Shown here one piece after another: positions 55,748 through 64,000 of a DNA stretch of 64,000 nt. The translations under genes and the position numbers were made by a program. Each line of letters opens with the position of its first letter. Positions within the stretch are counted from its first letter, which is position 1. Below the pieces are notes generated by a model. The model was not told the DNA's origin. It did no database searches and saw only the letters and a program-made list of their open reading frames with translations. The stretch is from Octopus sinensis (Eukaryota): contig NC_043013.1 of NCBI RefSeq assembly GCF_006345805.1, forward strand, positions 12,710,001 to 12,774,000. The letters are read 5' to 3'.

Positions 55748-57151
55748 CTACAAAAAATGAACCAAGGAGGAAGTTTAAGATTAGTGAAAGTTGTTTGTCA
55801 TATGGAGTGTAGTTAACATTCTGGACATTTGAACTTCATCTAAAAGTTAAGAAAAGGAGGAAAGTGATATTATTGCATGGGTTGGGAGAAATAAACAATG
55901 GAATATTATTGAAAGACTAATATAGGAGGTGATGAGAAGGATGACCAAGAGGGAGTTAAGGTCAGAATGAGTCAGAAGTTAGAGGAATGGTCAGGGTCTG
56001 GTGAGCAAAGGCGGAGAGGAAAGCTAAGAACATATGAGGAGAAGGTAGAAAGAGTCAGTGAGGATTATGAATAAATTTATGGAGTAATATCTATGTGTAT
56101 TTAGACCTGTTATGAAATTAGGAATACATTTCAATAAGTAGCTTTGAACAATTTTATTTCAAAAGAGAGGTCAGCAAATACTCATGTAATTAATATCAAG
56201 TCATCAAATTTCTACAATTTTGAAATGGCATTTAATTGGTACAATTTTGATTGTGTTTTGATATATAGCCTTCTGCCATTTATCTCGGTTTTGTGGGATG
56301 TGTAGGTGTGTGAGATCTGATGAACTGTAAAAGACAGTATATCTGCTTAATTTAATTCACATCTCTAGAAAAACGTCTGCTCCAATGTATGATTTCTTAC
56401 ATAAAATAAGACCTCAAATTTCAACAATTACCATAAGGTATTTTGTTTGACCGTTTTATAATTCTGCTAATCCACTACATTTTCTTCAAATGTATATTAA
56501 GACACAAACAAACGGTAATATTAGAAGAGATAAACTGATAGGCTAAACATTTCTGACTTGACTGTATGTATTTAGTGGAGATACTTAGCGTTTATGGGGC
56601 AAATTTCAAAGCTACACTAAATACACGGTGGTAACACACTTTACATTGTTCTTAGTTTGCACGGATTTACTTGAGCATTGCTTTTGTTGGAACCAAAATG
56701 TTTTCGCTTTTCCCTTTATATCTACAGGAAACCCCTTTGTAGTTTCCGATTCAATGTTTCCTTTTCCTTACCGTTATAACGTCATTTCATTTCTTCAATA
56801 CAAAAGGTTCTGACTAATGCTTAAGTAAGAATTAATATCATATATTTATAAATATCTGATAAATATTTTCGAGACTAAATAATAATTTCAAATGTCCAGA
56901 AAATTGATTTTTTTAGAACTGAAAGTATATTATCAAATCTAGTTCAAAATGGTTAAAGTCGTCAACAGAAACTATGAAAGAGTGAAGTATAAAAGAAAAA
57001 ACAGAAACAAGGAAACAATCAGAGTCAGTGAAATTGCTGGATCTCTTGTAACTTTAAAACAAACATCACAACTACATGGTTACATTACATCAACAAAGGA
57101 AAATACTTTACTTCATAGAATATAAAATCCAATATCACCATAATACCTATA

Positions 57152-57235
<84 letters not shown>

Positions 57236-57886
57236 ATTTCGGAATGGTCATTTTGACAGTTTAGCCAATAAAAACACACGCACTATATATTTTGTGTTAC
57301 TTTGCTTCAGTGTTATTTATTTTTTACATTAAACTTAATCTTATTTCGGTCAGAGTTCTTTCGTCACACAAACGTGACCGCATCAGTGGTCCTTTGCATT
57401 CTTCTTTTTTATTTGTGTGTCTCTCCTTACTAACCGTCAGCCATTTTGCTTTTGTATTGTATGTGTCTATGTGTATTCATTTGCGCATGCTTATATCTCT
57501 ATGTGCGTCCATGTTTAATTAGTGTGTGTGTGTGTGTGAATACCTGTAATATTTGTATCTTCTGTTTATATACGTTCGTGTAATTTGTTTTTGTTTTTGT
57601 TTATTCTTATTTTGTTCATGTATTTACATCCACTTATTATTATTATCATTACGTATGCTTGTATGTATGTATGTATGTATGTATGTATAACAACAATACT
57701 ACTACTAATAATAATAATAATGATAATAAAACATTTTAAAACATTTAAAAATTTTAAAAAAATCTTTTAAATTTAAGAAAAAATTATATAGTTATTTATT
57801 TCTATTTGTTTATTTATCTGTGTATTTTATCTATTATGTTTTCGGCTTTGTTTATATTGTAACCAGTTTATGGGGATCCTCTACTG

Positions 57887-58188
57887 TCATATGTTGTGGT
57901 GTGTGCTATTGTTCCATTCCAGTTTCCTATTCAGGCTAGGTTTATCTTCTATTATGTGTGTAGCTTCCGTAATTTGTCAGATTGTTGTATCTGTTCTATG
58001 CGTGGACAAGATTTTAACTTCTATGTTGTTGATTGATCCCCGTGTTCATTATCGGCATGTTGGTACAGAATCGATGAGCTCTTAGCTTCCTTAAGTTCTC
58101 TCCAATGTCCATTTACCCGCTCTACTATGCTTCGTGCCGTTTCCCCTACGTATGTCGTTGTCTTGTTACTGCTCATCCCTCTATACAT
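57887..58188 (-). mobile_element. Penelope GIY-YIG fragment, unit 3 (frameshifted)
   Basis: Copy of unit 2. Confidence 0.78.
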
Positions 58189-58344
58189 CTTATACTATAG
58201 ACTACTTTTATCTTAGCTTGAATATTTTAAGTTTTATAATTATTAATTTTTATCAATATTAAGTATTTACTATTATTCATTTTCATTTTTATTAAATTTC
58301 ATATTTTAACATTTTTGTATACTTTCTTTTATTATTATCTTTTA

Positions 58345-58528
58345 GGCGGCGAACTGGCAGAATCGTTAGCGCGTCGCTTCGTTCGGAGTTCAAATTCCAC
58401 CGAGTCGATTTTGCTTTTCATCCTTTTGAGGGTCGATAAATTAAGTACCAGTAAAAACACTGGAGTCGGTGTAACCGACTAGTCTCTTCCCCACAAACTC
58501 GAGACCTTGTACCTACAGTAGAAAGGAT
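58345..58528 (+). mobile_element. SINE family B, unit 3
   Basis: Copy of unit 2. Confidence 0.88.
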
Positions 58529-60040
58529 TATTATCATCACCTTATTTTACTACTATTACTATTTTTCTTAAATATAAATATTAACACACACACAAATAAC
58601 AAAGCATATTTCATCTACTTTGTTGGAGTATCTCAACCGATCAGCATGTAACTTCCTTTCGGCTTTCGAAACCGCAACTCCAAATCACCATGCAATAACC
58701 TATCACTAGACCAAGGAAATTTTACCTCCGATCAGAAGTGGACTCTCAAGAAAATAAACAGACTGACTCGGTAAGAGAATCATACAACAGGAACGTTTCA
58801 TGACCATTCCCCACAGGCAAGACAACCAGGCAGAATGTTAAACTTGGTCTCCAGAAAGAATAAGAATAAGAATTATAACGAATCAAAAATTATATTCTTT
58901 CACAGAAAAGATTATAGATACACTGATTCCAAAGCAGTCCGTTACAGGCGAAAAACCCTCTACGCGACGGTAAAAGGAATCACATGCAAGATGAAAGAAA
59001 CTGTAACAAAATCCCTTTTGCTTACTCTCTTCTTTCTTTATTTGTTTCTCTCTTAACTCAGTATGATTGAACTTTTGGCGTTCCACATCTTTTATATACT
59101 TCGCCCATCATTTTCTGATATTATTGAATTTTGTGAACATTTAATCATTTAAACATATTGATCCACACTTTTTACATTCTTAACCTATCATTTATGATAC
59201 TATTGAATTTTGCGAACATTTAATCATTTAAATATGTTTTGTACTTCGCAAACAAAATAGGGCCTTGGGACCGAGGAGAGGAGGTAACGCTTAGAAAATA
59301 TCTTGAAGGATGGTGAACATAGCGACAGAAAATTTGCGACTGTTCAGCTACGGAACCAGTGTAAGAAGGGAAGAAAAAGGGGTACTGACAGTTGGTCACG
59401 CGACAGTAGCAGGCAGAGGAGAAAGACTGCAGGGTGAGAGAACGACAGAGAAAAATAGGGAAGGGATGAAGGGAAAGAAGAAAGGCTGGGAATACAAGAG
59501 AGAGAAGGGGTAAGTAGAAAGTCTATAATAAATAAATACACACACACACATATGTGTATATCTATATATATTAAGTATGTAAGTATGTTTTAAAAGTTGT
59601 GGGCTAATTACGGAGTGCTCTTAGAGAGCCTATGCGAAAAAATACAGAGTAGAAAAAATTCAAAACGCAAGTCTTAGGAAGTCAAACAGATTCCCGAACG
59701 CATAAATGAGAAATTTCAATCGAAGTAGTTGAATGATATATATTTATACACATCAACATAAATCATACATGTACAGGCGTGAAAATGCTCCAAGGTTATA
59801 AAGAATGAAATCAAACATACATAGAAATATAGAAGAAATATAAAAATTTATATAAAAATACTTATCAAATTACATATAAATAAATTTACATATAACGAGT
59901 TATGCGTGATAAATATAGGAGGTGCAAAATGGATGAGAGATTGGTACATTCTGTAAGGATCAGATATCGAGATATGTAGGTATTTAATGGGTCTTTCGAT
60001 ATGATGAAGAAAGTTTATCTGGAAATGTCTGTCTACTTAC

Positions 60041-60099
60041 AAATCATCAAAAGATGTCGATGTCAAAGGCAATTGAATTTGTGTTTCTGTTGTTTCAGG
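60041..60099 (-). CDS. Candidate micro-exon A, unit 3
   Basis: Identical to the unit 2 copy, including splice sites. Confidence 0.65.
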
Positions 60100-60521
60100 C
60101 TAGAGAATAGAAGAAAAACAACGTTAATTGTTGAAAGAAACGTTTGGGTTAGTATTTCTAGGTATAGAAAACAAGTTTTAAGTAAAATATATGTTTGAAG
60201 GAGGAGGTATATAAGTAACAGTAGTAAGCAAGAGGCAAATAATAACCACATCTAAAAGTCTAACAACTACACACGGATATAGACACAGAAAAATCCATTT
60301 ACAGAAAAAAGATAAACAGTTTTACTTTCAATTTAGTTTTAGAGATGTCAACATGGTTAGCCTCATTGAATTCAAATAAAGATCTGAAATCGTATTTACA
60401 ACTATTTTATTTTTATGAAGTCCAGTATTTATGATATCAGTGCAGATCCTTTTAATATCTTACTAATTTAGGCATTATTAAATAAAATCTTTAGGAAAAT
60501 ATCCTCAGATGCAATATAAAA

Positions 60522-60601
<80 letters not shown>

Positions 60602-61050
60602 ATGAAATATAAAGTTCACATCCTGAAATCATCAAAAGTCTCCCAAAAGCCTAAAATTCAAAGATGGAAAACAGTAAAGACATTGAATAGTTCTATAAGT
60701 TATAAAAAGTTGTTTTTTTAAAAATTATGATGAATATATAAATATCATTTAAAGTAAGTTTATTTAAGTGTGTACATATTAATTCTACATTTTCCCAATT
60801 GAAAAAATTTTACACAATATTTTTAATGAAATTTGTACAACTTTTGCAAGGATTGTGCAGTCTAAACAGGAACTAACTTATCTTTCTCAATTCACCCATG
60901 ATTGCAGGTGTCTTGCACAAATACTATCCACTTATGAACGTAATCCGAACACTTCCTTGCTACACTAGGGTATTAGTTCCAGTGACAATAACATCTATAT
61001 TCCCAGAAGATCAACATAGGAATCAACAAAGCGAACCTGACTGGAGTACA

Positions 61051-61096
<46 letters not shown>

Positions 61097-61098
<2 letters not shown>

Positions 61099-62226
61099 TT
61101 GGTTTGTTAAGAAAACTCTAGTGGTTTTTAACCTTTAAATTCAGATACACATATCTCGGCTCAGACATCGTCTTATTTTTTGAAGCATTTCTCACTCAAG
61201 AAGTTGACGAAATGCTTGAAAAAGTGGTAGTCGGTAGGCGACAGGTCTAGTGAGTACGGCGGATGAGGCAGAGTCTTGTAGCCCAATTCATTCAACTTCT
61301 GCAGGGTCAGTTGTGCGACGTGCGGCCGAGCGTTGTCGTGGAGAAGAATTGGTCCTTTTCTATTGAACAATGATGGCTATTGTTGTCGGAGTTTCTTATG
61401 CATTTCATCCATTTACTGACAGAACTTCTCCGCCGTAATGGTTTTGGATCCAAAAAGCTGTGATGGATGAGTCCGGCCGCAGACCACCAAACAGTCACTA
61501 AGACCTTCTTTTCGTGCAACTTTGGCTTCGGGAAGTGCCTTAGAGCTTCGTCGTTGTCCAACCACTGAGATGAGCATCGCCGGTCGTCGTAAAGATTCCA
61601 CTTTTCATCGTAAGTCACAATCCGGTCGAGAAATGTGTTGTTTTTGTTGCGTAAAAGAAGGGTAGACGACACTTCAAAACAGCGTTTTCTTTCTTTTTTG
61701 GTTGTCGTTCAATTCGTGCGGCACCCATTTCTCGAGTATTTTTGTTTTTCCAATCTCTTTCAAGTGGTTGGAAATTGTCGTTTACGTTACGTCTAATTCA
61801 GAAGCAAGCTCTTGAGCAGATGTGTGTGGATTGGTTTTCACTAAGGCTCTTAGTTGATCGTTGTCAACATCCGATGGCTGACCACTACGCTTATCATCTT
61901 CAAGACTCTCATCACTGCTACGAAATCTCTTGAACCACCATTGTGCTGTACGTTGATTAGTGGTTCCTGTGGGGCCAAACACATCGTTGATATCGCGAGT
62001 TGTTTCAGCAGCTTTTCGGCCTAACTTGAACTGCAATAAGAAACTTATGCGAATTTGCTTTTTGTTCATGTTGTATTCAACGTTCCAGAAAAAATGCCTT
62101 AATTATTCAAAAAGAAAAAGAGTAACACGATTAGATAGAGCGAAAAACAGGCTTTAAAATGTTATGTAAAGTCAAAGAAATTTATCGAAAATTCATTTGA
62201 AAATACATCATTTCCTAACAACCTAA
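61097..62226 (-). mobile_element. Defective mariner, unit 3
   Basis: Translated ORF fragments identical to units 1 and 2. Confidence 0.95.
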
Positions 62227-62227
62227 C

Positions 62228-62276
<49 letters not shown>

Positions 62277-62289
62277 TATATTACATTCA

Positions 62290-62950
62290 CTTTCCATGTA
62301 GCACTGCAACACAATCCCGTTTTCTTTGCTGGACCAGTTCTACTCCCTGCTCTATAATTTGCTGTTGCTGTATCAAGATAACAGCTGTGATCAATCTGCA
62401 TCTTTACTGAACCAATGCCGAGCGAGAGGCCTTCTCTTAAGGACCCAACCTCATTTTTTTCTGTCACATCCAGACTTTCTACGCGAACTCCTGTCGCATA
62501 AACTGAGTTAAGATTTCTTTCCCCACCATCGTCATCACCATTATTTTTCAACAACTGATTGCTTCAAGTAACTTTCTATTGGCTGGTTTTGCTATGGGTC
62601 ATTCTTTACAGCGTTTACTTTTTCGCAGAACACCGCCCATGGAATGTGTTGACATTTCTTTCGTATTTATAATAATTGTTGATGTATAAACGAGAGTCCA
62701 CGAAGAAACAGTAATGCGCATTCTCTTCCCGTTTGGCAATTCTTTGCCCCTACATTTTACTCTTTTCTCCCGCTTCAAAGTAAGCACCGCAAAATTCGAG
62801 ATACATATTTCCGTCACTATATCCTTGTTGCACATTTGCACAGTCTCAACACCAGCCTTTCCTTTTCAGACTCTGCTGTTTGCGAAAAGTTTTAAATCAG
62901 CCGTGAAGAGGTGTTTGAGACGAGGTCCATTCTTTCTCAGCTTGTAGTGC
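62290..62950 (-). mobile_element. Dong/R4-like LINE fragment, unit 3
   Basis: Copy of 44590-45250. Confidence 0.65.
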
Positions 62951-63036
62951 CCATTGATTTTGCATAGCGCTACAGAAAGTTCAAACCAATATTCTACACG
63001 CTATTACTTATAGTTTAATCTAAAACTATTTTCACT

Positions 63037-63083
<47 letters not shown>

Positions 63084-63731
63084 TAGAATGTACTCTTGAT
63101 GCGTAAAAAAATTAACGTATTCCTTCTTAAATATGGTAAATGTGATCAACCTAAGAGACAGAAAGTTGAAGCAGAAAGAAACCACAAGCTAGCAGCATAT
63201 CTAAGTATTCAGGAAATATTCAGTATGTGAACTAATAAGAGTTTGGGAAGTGAGATGGGGTGGGCACCCGCAGTGACTTAGTATTATAAATAATGACAAG
63301 AAGGAAAGCATTGGTATAAGGAAGGAGTTAGAGTCATCAAAAGACCGATAGAAAAGGATGTCAGTAGAATTCTCTGACGAAATTAGAGAGGAGGCGAGGA
63401 ACAAGACAAAAGTCACATCAGATTACAAAGGGCAGTATGGCTATAGATAAGGAGTAATGAAGTGCATCATATTTTAGGGATACTAAACCACAGGGAACCA
63501 GACGTGACTTGAGATGTGTCATTGGGGAGGTTGGAAGGTGGAGAGTCAACCTATAATATGCGTTTAAACAAATGAGATGGCGGCGTCAATTTCCATCTCG
63601 GCATCTGAAACTCGGAGTTTTATCACGGCTACTGAATAATTGTCACATATGATATTTACAGATAAATTCCTCTATTTAAATAACATCAAGGTCACTTTCA
63701 TTGTTTTGCAGTTTTACCATTTTTATCAATA

Positions 63732-63864
<133 letters not shown>

Positions 63865-63869
63865 TGTGT

Positions 63870-64000
63870 GGAGGCGCAATGGCCCAGTGGTTAGGGCAGT
63901 GGACTCGCGGTCGTAGGATCGTGGTTTCGATTCCAAGATCGGGCATTGTGAGTGTTTATTGAGCGAAAGCACCTATAGCTCCACGAGACTCCGGCAGCGG
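63870..64000 (+). mobile_element. SINE family C marking the start of a 4th unit (runs off the window)
   Basis: Copy of 46163 onward. Confidence 0.9.

Overview
Eukaryotic, AT-rich, microsatellite- and retroposon-saturated DNA. The tRNA-headed SINE families resemble those I recall from octopus/cephalopod genomes (recollection, not searched). Almost all ORFs in the supplied track are translations of simple repeats. The left part (1-36.7 kb) holds many SINEs, LINE fragments (Tx1/L1-like RT, CR1, Dong/R4), Tc1/mariner remnants, a non-autonomous Helitron and a MITE, and is interrupted by a 100-N gap at 34362-34461. The right part (~37.1-64 kb) is a head-to-tail tandem array of a ~8.84-kb unit (3 copies plus the start of a 4th). 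Each unit carries a dead mariner transposase, a Penelope GIY-YIG fragment, a Dong fragment and two SINEs. Each unit also carries two minus-strand candidate micro-exons (59 nt and 70 nt) with complementary intron phases; spliced, they add one in-frame 43-aa acidic Ser/Thr-rich repeat per unit. Unit 1 is a mosaic: diverged over its left ~5.5 kb and apparently identical to units 2/3 over its right ~3.4 kb. No rRNA, true tRNA gene, CRISPR array or recognisable named host gene was found. All alignments were done by eye.
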